From Candidatus Bathyarchaeota archaeon (lineage in GTDB: Archaea > Thermoproteota > Bathyarchaeia > Bathyarchaeales > Bathycorpusculaceae), in NCBI GenBank assembly GCA_963702095.1, contig OY969706.1:2624001-2688000 (forward strand): 64,000 bases of DNA, written 5' to 3'. The notes below the pieces were generated by a model that was given only the letters and a program-made list of their open reading frames with translations, made no database searches and had not been told where the DNA came from. A program made the position numbers and the translations under genes. Positions 28,974 through 38,534 of the stretch are shown here, one piece after another (the stretch's first letter is position 1; each line of letters begins with the position of its first letter).

Positions 28974-29245
28974 TTATACAGTTATCCATATAAGGCTTGC
29001 TATCACATATTCCGATAACTCTTACGTCACTAACTAAGCCATTAATGCCAGATTATCACTTTTTTCCACGGGCGCTATATTATCCTGTTTTTTGATATTA
29101 TCCATAGTCGAAGCTCAAAGCTCAAACTTAAAACGTCATGTTTACGACATTGCGGTTTCGGCTCTAAGCCATCAATGAACGGTTTAGGTATGTTTTGTGA
29201 TTTAGCTATTTCTCAGGATACGAAGGCGAGCTCTTGATCTAGCTG

Positions 29246-30124
29246 TTATTGGGCGAGGTAGCTAATTATGCGCTGGTATATGTCGCTGTCCCCGCTGTCC
29301 TCAGAACCCGCGTAGATGCTGGGGTTATCGTTGACTTCAACCACCACGTAGTCGCCGTTGACTTCTTTTAGGTCCACGCCATAGAGGCCTTTGCCGATGA
29401 CACTGCAGGCTTTCAACGCAACTTCGCGCAGTCGAGGAGGCATATCCTTCTTCTGTAAGCTGACGGTGCGTCCCCAGACCACAGTGGGTTTGCCGCGGAG
29501 TTTAGCTCCATGTTTCCATTTACCCTTGGGAATCATGTACTTACAGACATAGAGTAAATCGTTGCCCAAGACGCCCACACGCCAATCAAACGCTGTCGGA
29601 GTGAACTTTTGAATTGCGAGGCAATCGGATTTTTTGAAGAAGCGTTTGGCGACTTCGCGGAAACTGGTTTCGCAGGCTGCCTTCTCCACGTAGCGGCTGA
29701 AGCTGGTATAGGGGGCTTTGATGACGACGGGTTTGCCTAGGATATTGAAGATTTGCTCTATTTTTTTGTGGTGGAGGTCGTCTTTGCTTAGGAACATTGT
29801 TGGAATGCGGGGGACATCGTATTTTTCGAAGAGTGCATATTGGTGTATTTTGTTGGCGCAGATTTTGATGGATTCGGGGTCGTCAATGACTTTTAACCCG
29901 TATTCATAAGCGGTTTTGGAGACGATATAGCTTGTGAAGAGGGGATCGGTGGTTGCACGGATAAACACGGCGTCGTAGTTTGGGATTTCACTGATGTTTT
30001 CGCGGAAGAGGAAGCTGAATTGGTTTCCAGATTTCTCTGCGGCTTGCTTGAAGTTTTGAAGAGCATCTTGCTCGCGTGGATCAGTAAAATTATATTTTTC
30101 GACAAAACAGGCGATTCTAGACAC
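29246..30124 (-). CDS. RimK-family ATP-grasp ligase
   Basis: DAVFIRATT, VIDDPESI...CANK, PVVIKAP, DWRVGVL, GLYGVDLKE, VEVNDNPS. Confidence 0.92.
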   Translation of the reverse strand: MSRIACFVEKYNFTDPREQDALQNFKQAAEKSGNQFSFLFRENISEIPNYDAVFIRATTDPLFTSYIVSKTAYEYGLKVIDDPESIKICANKIHQYALFEKYDVPRIPTMFLSKDDLHHKKIEQIFNILGKPVVIKAPYTSFSRYVEKAACETSFREVAKRFFKKSDCLAIQKFTPTAFDWRVGVLGNDLLYVCKYMIPKGKWKHGAKLRGKPTVVWGRTVSLQKKDMPPRLREVALKACSVIGKGLYGVDLKEVNGDYVVVEVNDNPSIYAGSEDSGDSDIYQRIISYLAQ

Positions 30125-30812
30125 TGATATGTTTCCCCTGCTGAGAAATCAGCATAATCTCTTTCGAGATTAACTCTAAATCCGTTTTTGACAGTTCGGT
30201 TTGCTTCAAATGTTCAAGTCCACACAGGAACGCTTTTTCCTCTGCTTTCTGAACGTGCAGTTTGCAGAGTGGAATCTTGAAGAGTTCATAAACCTTTTGT
30301 GAGAGCGCATTGATTAGTTCATCGGCTGTTTCGCTCTTTCCGAAAACAGATTTAACGGAAAGCAACTCACCTTTGAGTGGTTGAGCACAAACTGCGAATT
30401 TGTAGTTCATTCCCAAGCTTTTCATGGCTCGGTAAAGCGCGCTTTTGTTCTTGGCGACTTTATATCCTTCGTAGATGAAGGGGTTAACTGCAAAAACCAC
30501 CACTGGAAAACCGAGTTCATCAATGATTTTCTTCACATTATCTGTGACCAAGAAGGGTATGGTTGAGATTTTAGCTCTTTTTGCCCGGAGCAGCAAAATC
30601 GGGTTACGACTGGCGTCGATGATGTTCTCGCATGAGGGTATAACGTTGTTTCCGAGGACTTCTGCGTGTAGAGAAACATAGTAGCCTGTTTTTAGGTAGC
30701 GGTAATCGTTTGTGAGGTTGATGGTTGCGTCTTTAATGGATGACCCAAGAAACGCTGAAGCACTTAACGCGTGCAAATCATCTGACAGGCCGATGCTTGA
30801 AACAACCAGCAC
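30117..30812 (-). CDS. RimK-like ATP-grasp N-terminal (RLAN) domain protein
   Basis: INLTNDYRYLKTGYYVSLHAEVLGNNVIPS; overlaps the ATP-grasp gene. Confidence 0.8.
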   Translation of the reverse strand: MLVVSSIGLSDDLHALSASAFLGSSIKDATINLTNDYRYLKTGYYVSLHAEVLGNNVIPSCENIIDASRNPILLLRAKRAKISTIPFLVTDNVKKIIDELGFPVVVFAVNPFIYEGYKVAKNKSALYRAMKSLGMNYKFAVCAQPLKGELLSVKSVFGKSETADELINALSQKVYELFKIPLCKLHVQKAEEKAFLCGLEHLKQTELSKTDLELISKEIMLISQQGKHISV

Positions 30813-31005
30813 CCATAGGACACCAGGTAATGAAAGGCGTTATTCGTGTAGAGCTATTTAAGATTAACTATACAACCGTGGCCTTCTCAAGTCATAACTT
30901 TAATAAAACAAGCGTATTTTCCGCCTGTTTAAGGCTAAAACGCCATATCTGAGTTTTAAAATTTATGGCTATCCTTATAACCACCAAGCGGTTATCACAA
31001 ACATA

Positions 31006-32193
31006 ATGAGCTTCGAGATACAAGTCATCACTGACCTCGCAGTCGTCATGGTTATCGCCTCAGTGGTAGCTTTCATATTCTACAAACTCAAGCAACCGCT
31101 TATAATCGGCTACTTAATCGCAGGCGTCATCATCGGACCCTACACGCCACCGTTTAATTTCATTCGGGAAACCGAGTTCCTCTCAGTGTTCGCTGAAATC
31201 GGCGTTGTGCTGCTACTATTCACAATAGGCATAGAGTTTCCAATCAGACGACTGCGTAGCATCGGCCGCGTCGTAATCGGTGTCTCCGCCATAGAAATCG
31301 CTTTGATGTTGATTGTCAGTTGGGTAGTGGGTCACTTTTTGGGCTGGGGCTTCTACGACACCCTCTTTTTAGGAGCGGCCCTCGCCAGCAGCAGCACAAC
31401 CATAATCGCCAAAGTATTAGGCGATACTGGAAAAATGAAGGAAATCTCAGCAACCATTATGTTGGGCATCTTAGTCGTGGAGGACGTGGTCGTCGTTATC
31501 ATATTGGCTATGCTTCAAAATGTCGCTGTTACCAGCGTAATCTCAGTTACCTCCTCAGTTTGGCTGGTGGCTAAACTGGTGATTTTTATCGGCGGCACCC
31601 TAGTAGTGGGTGGCTTCTTCGTTCCCAAACTATTGGACCGGTTCTCAGAAGTCCAAAACCACGAATTACTCTACATCCTAATGATTGGAGTATGCTTCGT
31701 CTTCGCAATATTGGCAACCCAGATAGGTTTCTCCGCCGCCATCGGAGCCTTCATCATCGGCGTAGTAATCGCCCGCTCCCGCTTAAGAGAAGAGATTAAC
31801 CGAGAAATTGGTCCGTTCAAAATCGTCTTCGGCGCCATCTTTTTTGTTTCTATGGGGGCATTAATGGATGTTACTCAAATCGCCGTTTTCTGGGTGACTG
31901 CGGTGATAATCACTGTGGCGGTGATTTTAACGAAATTGGCAAGCTGTGGGTTTGGCACGCACATGTTTCGTTACGACAAGAAAACATCCATACAGGTTGG
32001 TTTAGGAATGGGGCAGATTGGTGAATTTGCGTTTATCGTGGCTAAATCCGGCCAAGACATAGGCGTAACCAGCAGTTTCCTCTTACCCATAATAGGCGTC
32101 GCCACCATAATTACCGCGTTTATAACTCCTTATCTCATTAAATTCTCGTTTAAGTGGCATTCAAACCCGCAGATAGAGAGGCCGTTACGGTGA
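31006..32193 (+). CDS. Cation:proton antiporter (CPA2/KefB-type membrane domain)
   Basis: KQPLIIGYLIAG, SSSTTII, GILVVED, FFVSMG, QIGEFAF. Confidence 0.92.
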   Translation: MSFEIQVITDLAVVMVIASVVAFIFYKLKQPLIIGYLIAGVIIGPYTPPFNFIRETEFLSVFAEIGVVLLLFTIGIEFPIRRLRSIGRVVIGVSAIEIALMLIVSWVVGHFLGWGFYDTLFLGAALASSSTTIIAKVLGDTGKMKEISATIMLGILVVEDVVVVIILAMLQNVAVTSVISVTSSVWLVAKLVIFIGGTLVVGGFFVPKLLDRFSEVQNHELLYILMIGVCFVFAILATQIGFSAAIGAFIIGVVIARSRLREEINREIGPFKIVFGAIFFVSMGALMDVTQIAVFWVTAVIITVAVILTKLASCGFGTHMFRYDKKTSIQVGLGMGQIGEFAFIVAKSGQDIGVTSSFLLPIIGVATIITAFITPYLIKFSFKWHSNPQIERPLR

Positions 32194-32238
32194 CATTTGA
32201 AACGAATCGCTCGGCAAAACATTCCATAAGGTGCATCA

Positions 32239-33423
32239 ATGTATAATTCCCTTGAAGTTCTCGGACCCGAACACGAATACGCACTTGTAAACCAAGACCT
32301 AAAGCCCCTGCCCATAAGCGACAAAATCATCAAGGACTACTGCGGCAGAATCATCAACTTCATCGAGCTCCCCGACTTCACTTTTGGCAAAGAGCTACAA
32401 CTGCATGTCATGGAAATCAAAGCCAATCACCCCTTCAAGGGTCCAGTGGAGTTCGAGGCAACCATGCACAAAGCCGCATCCACACTAAACCAAATAGTGG
32501 AAAAACACGGCGCCAAACTTCTCGGCACAGGCATGCATCCATTCCTCAAATTCCAAGACACCGCCGTCTGGCCACATTACCACCGAAAAATCTACAGTGA
32601 ATACGGCAAAATCTTCAACTTCCAACAGCATGGTTGGCTCAACATCCAGAGCTTCCACCTCAACTTGCCCTACCAAAAAGAAGCCGACGCCACCCAAATC
32701 CACAACCAACTCGCCAACCTCTGCACCTATCTCCCAGCCATAACCGCTTCCTCCCCCATCTTTGAAAGCAAAATCGGCCCAGACATAGACAACCGCCTCC
32801 AATTCTACAAGGTAAACCAGAAAGAAGTACCATCCATAGCGGGCGATGTCATTCCCGAATATGTTTCTTCTCTTGAAGAGTACAAGCACGATGTCATCGA
32901 ACGGTACTCTAAGGGTTTAGCTGATGCTGGTGCTGACAAAACATTGCTTAACCGTGAATGGGTTAACTCGAGGGGCATAATTTTCCGTTTCGACCGCTGC
33001 GCCTTGGAAGTACGAGTGATGGATGAGCAGGAATGCGTCAAAATGGATGTGGCACTCTCCTGCTTTATCCGTGCCGCCCTCAGAGGCTTAATCGCCGTGG
33101 ATGCTGAACTTTTGCCCCATCCAGTTCTCGTCAAAGACTTCAACGCCGTCGTCAAAGACGGGTTAAACGCCTTGGTCTCAAGTCCCAATGGCAAAACTGC
33201 TCGCCAGATCTGCATGCACTACCTCAAATTAGCAGAGGAAAACGCGGATGTGGAAGAGAAAAAGTATCTCCCATTTGTGCAGCGCCGAATTGAAGGCGGC
33301 AACCTCTCGGAACTCATACGAGGCAGGGTTTTGCGGCGTGCAGAAAAGACTTGTTTCCAAGAGGCAATCGTCGATGTGTATTCAACACTTATTAATTGCC
33401 TAGGCAATAATGAACCGTTTTGA
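32239..33423 (+). CDS. Glutamate--cysteine ligase family protein (GCS2)
   Basis: GPEHEY, ELQLHVMEIK, GTGMHP, HGWLNIQSFHLNL, SSP, NSRGIIFRFDRCALEVRVMDEQEC. Confidence 0.9.
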   Translation: MYNSLEVLGPEHEYALVNQDLKPLPISDKIIKDYCGRIINFIELPDFTFGKELQLHVMEIKANHPFKGPVEFEATMHKAASTLNQIVEKHGAKLLGTGMHPFLKFQDTAVWPHYHRKIYSEYGKIFNFQQHGWLNIQSFHLNLPYQKEADATQIHNQLANLCTYLPAITASSPIFESKIGPDIDNRLQFYKVNQKEVPSIAGDVIPEYVSSLEEYKHDVIERYSKGLADAGADKTLLNREWVNSRGIIFRFDRCALEVRVMDEQECVKMDVALSCFIRAALRGLIAVDAELLPHPVLVKDFNAVVKDGLNALVSSPNGKTARQICMHYLKLAEENADVEEKKYLPFVQRRIEGGNLSELIRGRVLRRAEKTCFQEAIVDVYSTLINCLGNNEPF

Positions 33424-33976
33424 GGTGCAACCTATGCCAGAAGATGACAATGGCGTAACCTACAGCTTTGACGTTTGCAGTAACTGCAAATCCATTTGCT
33501 GCCAAGACGCAAAGCCCCCATTAACAGGCAACCGCAAAAAAATCCTCCAAGACTACATGAAAAAACATAAAGTAAACATAAGCGACCCCTTCGTTGAAGC
33601 AGAATACTCCTACCCAGCCGTGGATGAGGACGTTTACTGCAGGTTATTTAACAAGAAAACAGGCAAATGCATGGTGCACCCAGTGAAACCTGAAACCTGT
33701 GTTGCTGGACCCATAACTTTCGACATCAACTTTATCACTGGAAAAGTAGGGTTCTACCTCAAAAAAGAAGAAATCTGCGCCTACGCAGGCCTATTGTTCA
33801 AGGATAAGCCAGCACTGAAGCAGCATTTCGAAGTGGCGAGAAAACAAATCCTCGACTTAATCGAGCAGTTGTCTGCGGATGAGTTGCGGGCGATTATGAA
33901 AGTCGATGAACCGCAAACCTTCAAGTTCTGCGAAGAACCGCTCTCGTCGCAGGTAATGAAAAAGCTGGATTTATAG
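33410..33976 (+). CDS. YkgJ/CxxCxxCC Fe-S/Zn cluster protein
   Basis: CSNCKSICC...C...CMVHPVKPETCVAGP. Confidence 0.85.
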   Translation: MNRFEVQPMPEDDNGVTYSFDVCSNCKSICCQDAKPPLTGNRKKILQDYMKKHKVNISDPFVEAEYSYPAVDEDVYCRLFNKKTGKCMVHPVKPETCVAGPITFDINFITGKVGFYLKKEEICAYAGLLFKDKPALKQHFEVARKQILDLIEQLSADELRAIMKVDEPQTFKFCEEPLSSQVMKKLDL

Positions 33977-34306
33977 GAAGCCAGCTTCTCGAAGTTTCAA
34001 CGCAACTGCAATGTTGCCTTTGAACTGGACTCTCCCAGTGAAGAAGGCTTTTTCAGCACTTAATTTGCCGTTAACCAAATCCAAAAAATCCACTAATCCC
34101 ATCTTGAGCGTCAGGTTAGCGTCAGGGTTGGTGCCTTCGGCGACCTGCATTTTTTTGTCTTTAACAGTGACTATCCAGCTGCCTCCTTCGGGACCCGAAA
34201 CGTTGAGCTGTACGATTACGTCTACGCCTTCGGCTTTTTCAGGTTTGAACCTTGCAGGCAGGATTTTATCGAAGAATTCTTGGGGGGTTTGTGCTTGTGT
34301 CTCCAT
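33971..34306 (-). CDS. SCP2 sterol/lipid-binding domain protein
   Basis: GGSWIVTV...DFLDLVNGKLSAEKAFFTGRVQFKGNI. Confidence 0.9.
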   Translation of the reverse strand: METQAQTPQEFFDKILPARFKPEKAEGVDVIVQLNVSGPEGGSWIVTVKDKKMQVAEGTNPDANLTLKMGLVDFLDLVNGKLSAEKAFFTGRVQFKGNIAVALKLREAGFL

Positions 34307-34353
34307 TCTTTCAACTCAATATCCACTATGTAGGCAAAGAGAAGTTTTTGAAC

Positions 34354-35112
34354 TTACCTGAAAAGATCCCTCTCTTTAGCTCTAGTCAGCGGTGTCGCCG
34401 CGGCGTTTCCGTCAGATTTGTAGTTGTAACCCCGCACAATCGCCGCTGGAATGCCCTCGTCTGCTTGCCCAATCACCAACTCTGCTGCAGACGCCAATTC
34501 ATCGGCAACCGCCGTCTGCTTAATCCGCAGCACATAGCCGAAGAGGTCTTTTTCGCCCCGCCGATCCCGAATAGGCTTAAACCCCGCAACTCCCACTGCT
34601 ATGTTGATTTCGCCGTTGCGGAAGGGTCTGCCATGAGTATCAGAAACGATAACTGCCACGTCTGCACCTGAGAACTGCTTGATTTCTGCTCTTATGCATT
34701 CGGCAGAGGCATTTGGGTTTTTGGGCAATGGTACGACATTGCGGTCGCCTGAAACGTTTGAGCGGTCGACGCCGGCGTTGGCGCAGATGATGCCGCTGTT
34801 GGTTTCGGTGATGATGCTGTTTTGCCCGATGCGCACGATTTCTTTGGTTTCTCGGAGGATAACTTCGACTAGTGCTGGGTCTTTGTTGGTTTGCTTGGCT
34901 ATTTCAAGTGCTTTCTCTGAGGGGTTTATAGTGTCAAGGTTTAGTACGTTGCCCTCTGATTTAGAAACCACCACATGCGTAACCACGACAACGTCATGCG
35001 ACTGGATGGGGGTGCCCTGTTTTTCAGCTGCATCCACAATTAATTTGCCAAGATTGTCGCTTGCGTTTATCAGCGGCAAGCCTTCAACGGGGATTACTTG
35101 AATAATGTTCGT
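34354..35112 (-). CDS. cofE: Coenzyme F420-0:L-glutamate ligase; probable ACG start at 35112 (ORF-track TTG at 35079)
   Basis: VVSKSEG, CANAGVDRSNV, SDTHGRPFRNG, DELASAAELVIGQADEGIP; family-typical IPVEGLP lies upstream of the TTG. Confidence 0.93.
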   Translation of the reverse strand, partial: TNIIQVIPVEGLPLINASDNLGKLIVDAAEKQGTPIQSHDVVVVTHVVVSKSEGNVLNLDTINPSEKALEIAKQTNKDPALVEVILRETKEIVRIGQNSIITETNSGIICANAGVDRSNVSGDRNVVPLPKNPNASAECIRAEIKQFSGADVAVIVSDTHGRPFRNGEINIAVGVAGFKPIRDRRGEKDLFGYVLRIKQTAVADELASAAELVIGQADEGIPAAIVRGYNYKSDGNAAATPLTRAKERDLFR

Positions 35113-35229
35113 GGTTATGTCTCCTAATCAGAAATGCGTCACTGTCCCGAACTTAAATGTTATCTTACAGTTTCCTCTGCAAATGGGAATTTTCTTATTA
35201 ACATGAGTCTACAATAACCCCTAAGAAGG

Positions 35230-35940
35230 ATGAACCGATTGGGTTTAAGCGCAATTAGGCGTCGCTTATACGTTAAGACGCTAATACCCCTTGTTTTGCT
35301 GGTTAGTTTACTGTTAGGTTTTTTCTTTGGCTTGCCATTCATCCTCAACACCCCGACCCCCATTCGCGTGGTTGAAAGCGGCAGCATGTGTGTCCAATAT
35401 GATGGCGCCTGTGATGGTTGGCTCTCACTCACCCACCCCTTTGCTCCAACTCTGCATAAGGGCGACATAATAATCGTTCAAGGCGTCGACCCCAAAGACC
35501 TCAACACAAACTACCCCAACAGCGACATAATTGTCTATAAAAAACCAACCGCCCCCACAGATACTCCCGTTGTACACCGCATCGTGACAAGCTATGAAGC
35601 AAACCACATTCTATACTTCCAAACTAAAGGCGACGGCAACGGTACACCATGGCCTGCACCCGTTAACTCAAACGAGTATGATTCTAACAGTGGAATCATA
35701 TTGACTGGCGGTGAAGGAGTGCCAGCAGACCTTGTGGAGGGTCGAGTTGTTATGCGGATTCCTTGTTTTGGGTGGCTTACGCTCATTTTAAGAGGCACCT
35801 CTTGGGTGCTTCCAGTTATCATTGGATTTATCCTTCTGCTACTGATGTTAGAGTTTGTTCTTCCCCAAATCAGGCGTAAACCAAAACCTGCCGCTGAACC
35901 AAACTTGAAGATTGAGGATAACCAAAAAGAGATAAATTGA
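35230..35940 (+). CDS. Signal peptidase I (archaeal/ER-type S26)
   Basis: TM helix, VVESGSM, GDIIIV, VVHRIV, TKGDGN, C-terminal TM. Confidence 0.9.
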   Translation: MNRLGLSAIRRRLYVKTLIPLVLLVSLLLGFFFGLPFILNTPTPIRVVESGSMCVQYDGACDGWLSLTHPFAPTLHKGDIIIVQGVDPKDLNTNYPNSDIIVYKKPTAPTDTPVVHRIVTSYEANHILYFQTKGDGNGTPWPAPVNSNEYDSNSGIILTGGEGVPADLVEGRVVMRIPCFGWLTLILRGTSWVLPVIIGFILLLLMLEFVLPQIRRKPKPAAEPNLKIEDNQKEIN

Positions 35941-35975
35941 AATGGGAGGAGACCGCAAAGGTCTCGATAGGTAAC

Positions 35976-36704
35976 TTATTTTGTTCGGAACTTTTGGAGT
36001 TTCTGCAACATCAACTTGTCGCCTTCAGCGTCACCAGCACATGTGGCGATGATGCCGTCGACTAACCCGACACATTTAGCTGCTTTCTCCTCAACAGTTT
36101 CCATAGTGGCAGTTACTGGCCAACCGATAATTTTCACGATTTCCTTGTTCTTCTCGGTTCCGACGAGGAAGTATGCGAAGAGTGGTTTGTTGAGTTTCTT
36201 ACATTCAGCTGAAACTGCTTTGAGGTGATCGAATGATTCGTCGTTTAGCCTCATGAAGTATACGAAGTCCCATGGCTGGCGGACACGGTCTAGTGTGGCT
36301 TCGATTGATTGTCTTGCTGTGAGTAAGCAGCCGAGTTTTAGGTTCTTGGTTTTTACATCGGTGCGTATGAAGTCGCGTGCAGCTTCTGACGAAGGCAGCA
36401 TCTTGATGGCTTCACCATAGTGTGGCTTGTCACCCATGGTTACTGCTAAGCCGTCTAATCCAACAATGTCGGATGCTAAGGCTAAGCCTCCGACTTCAAC
36501 TGGACCTTTGTAGTGTAGGATGAAGATTGGGCAGACATATTTGTCTGGGTACTTGTTTTTGAGTAGGCAGCTGACGACGACGCCGCTGGGCGCTGGGAAT
36601 CCTGCTGCGCTGTCAGTTACGTTCCATCCGTCTACTAGGTCTTTGAGTTCTTCTGCTAGCTTGAAGAATTTACGTGTAGGCACAAACTCGTTTAGTATTT
36701 TCAT
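35976..36704 (-). CDS. FAD-linked oxidoreductase, MetF-like (divergent, short)
   Basis: EFVP, NVTDSAAG and AVTMGDKP resemble MTHFR-family motifs. Confidence 0.6.
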   Translation of the reverse strand: MKILNEFVPTRKFFKLAEELKDLVDGWNVTDSAAGFPAPSGVVVSCLLKNKYPDKYVCPIFILHYKGPVEVGGLALASDIVGLDGLAVTMGDKPHYGEAIKMLPSSEAARDFIRTDVKTKNLKLGCLLTARQSIEATLDRVRQPWDFVYFMRLNDESFDHLKAVSAECKKLNKPLFAYFLVGTEKNKEIVKIIGWPVTATMETVEEKAAKCVGLVDGIIATCAGDAEGDKLMLQKLQKFRTK

Positions 36705-36823
36705 GGAGATTTCATCTCAGCTAAAAAGGGGAGGCTTGCTATGTAAAAAATCTTTTGCATACACAAGGCTCATTGTTCCCGTTTGGCGCTTGTGTGCAGC
36801 ATAGTCCACAAAACTGGCTAAAA

Positions 36824-37645
36824 TCAGCGTTTCTTTAATTCAGCCAAGCCTTTTTCGGCTCTTTCACGCTTAAACCGAGATAAACGTGCCACTTCTGCCG
36901 CGTCTGCAGCTTCCCTAGTGCAATCCAGCCCTTCAACAAGCTTTTGTCCAACCGCTGAACGCACAATCACCGTCGAATAACCGGGTTTACTGCCAACTGA
37001 ACCCACAGAAACATCAGCATACCGAGAAGTAAAATCGTCACAGAAGGCACATGCCCTCTCAGCGGCACAACTGAGGTCTTTAACCCTGCAACTGACCATC
37101 CCGTCCCCTGTTTTTGCCGTAAACTTGCCCCCCTGCACCTGAGTCTTGCCCACCCTATCCAAATCGACCCCCAAGCGAGCCTGCATCTGCTCTTTGAGTT
37201 TTTGGTAGTTGAATGCTTCAAAACAGAACAACCCGATCACGGTGATTTCGCAGTCTTCGCCGTTGGTCTGCTGGATCCTTCTTGCCACCTTTGCCTCGCA
37301 GGGGATACAAACCACTGCTATGTGCTTCTTTCCCTGCGCTATTAGTTCCCTCAGTTTAGCTGTAACGTTGATTTTGAGGTAGGTTGTGCCTTTTGCCGCC
37401 AAAACATCCTCGGCACTCTGTGCCACCACAGCTTCGGCGCTGTAGCCGTCCATTCGGCGGACAACGATGGCTGCATCAAAGAGACCCTCACAGAAGCCTT
37501 TTAGCAGCAACGCGGTGACTACGCCGCCGTCCTGTCCCTCGACCTTGGTTTTGGCTGAAAACAGGTTGCAGTAAACACCCAAATCTTCTCCTCTGGTGCC
37601 GCTTTGCACTTTTTGTTCATTATTTCCATCTTTGTCGGATGACAT
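36824..37645 (-). CDS. F420 hydrogenase/dehydrogenase beta subunit (FrhB/FdhB)-like protein
   Basis: QDGGVVTALL, AAKGTTY, VCIPC, GLFCFEAF, CAFCDDF...ADVSVGSVGS. Confidence 0.9.
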   Translation of the reverse strand: MSSDKDGNNEQKVQSGTRGEDLGVYCNLFSAKTKVEGQDGGVVTALLLKGFCEGLFDAAIVVRRMDGYSAEAVVAQSAEDVLAAKGTTYLKINVTAKLRELIAQGKKHIAVVCIPCEAKVARRIQQTNGEDCEITVIGLFCFEAFNYQKLKEQMQARLGVDLDRVGKTQVQGGKFTAKTGDGMVSCRVKDLSCAAERACAFCDDFTSRYADVSVGSVGSKPGYSTVIVRSAVGQKLVEGLDCTREAADAAEVARLSRFKRERAEKGLAELKKR

Positions 37646-37721
37646 TCTTGGGTTTACCTGCTTTTTCGTTAAGGAAACCTTTGTTTTGCAGCAAATAAAG
37701 CTTTAAGCCCAAACCTGCAAC

Positions 37722-38231
37722 ATGTTGCTACTGCGGCTAAACATGGCTACTAATTCGGCAGATAAGTCCAAAATCACCTACATCCACGGCGGCCAAAACC
37801 TGCTTGACCAAGTCAGGGCTATGTGGGAAGAACTCAACCGCTACCACTGCGAATGCTCCACGCATTTTAGGGAGCACTATTTGGGCATGACTTGGCAGAA
37901 ACGCAAGTATACCCTAAAAAAGCACGCTTTGGACGGTGTGTTGAGTGTTGAAATAGCTTTGGATGGATCGACAGGGCAGAAGGTTGGCTACGTTATCAGC
38001 ACTGTAAATAAAGATGGAACGGGAGAGGTTGAATCCATCTACGTTGATGCAACGTACAGGGGATTGGGCATCGGCGACCAACTCATGCACAAAACGCTGG
38101 AGTGGATGGATCAAAACGGCGCCACTGCCAAGCAGGTGGAGGTCAGCGTCGGCAACGAGGTGGCATGGGGATTCTATGGGCGCTACGGCTTTTTGCCACG
38201 AAAAACCCTGCTAAAACAATTAAAAAGATAA
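37722..38231 (+). CDS. GNAT family acetyltransferase
   Basis: IYVDATYRGLGIG, GNEVAWGFYGRYGF. Confidence 0.9.
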   Translation: MLLLRLNMATNSADKSKITYIHGGQNLLDQVRAMWEELNRYHCECSTHFREHYLGMTWQKRKYTLKKHALDGVLSVEIALDGSTGQKVGYVISTVNKDGTGEVESIYVDATYRGLGIGDQLMHKTLEWMDQNGATAKQVEVSVGNEVAWGFYGRYGFLPRKTLLKQLKR

Positions 38232-38268
38232 TTTAGTTACTAAGCCCGAGGGCCCGTCCTCTATTTAT

Positions 38269-38448
38269 TGGGAGATCAAAATCTGGGGCTTTTTGTTTTC
38301 TATTTTAAGAAGAAGAGAATGGCGCCCTTGCTCATCATCTTCCAGCGGGCTTGGAGGGCGATTGCTTTTTATGTTCTATATTCGGAATGGCTTGCAGACT
38401 GGTTGTGGTGGTTTCCACAGGCAGAACCCCACAGTTGTTTTGAGTTTT
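38269..38448 (+). mobile_element. MITE-like element copy (right end degenerate)
   Basis: GAGATCAAAATCTGGGGCTTTTTGTTTTCTA...CCCTTGCTCATCATCTTCCAGCGGG...CTGGTTGTGG...CAGGCAGAACC. Confidence 0.7.
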
Positions 38449-38534
38449 TCACAATTCAATCGAATACCAAAGGGTTTCTAAATAAATCCAAGGAAACGTA
38501 AATTAATTCGGTGAACGCATGTTTTTGGTAGTTT

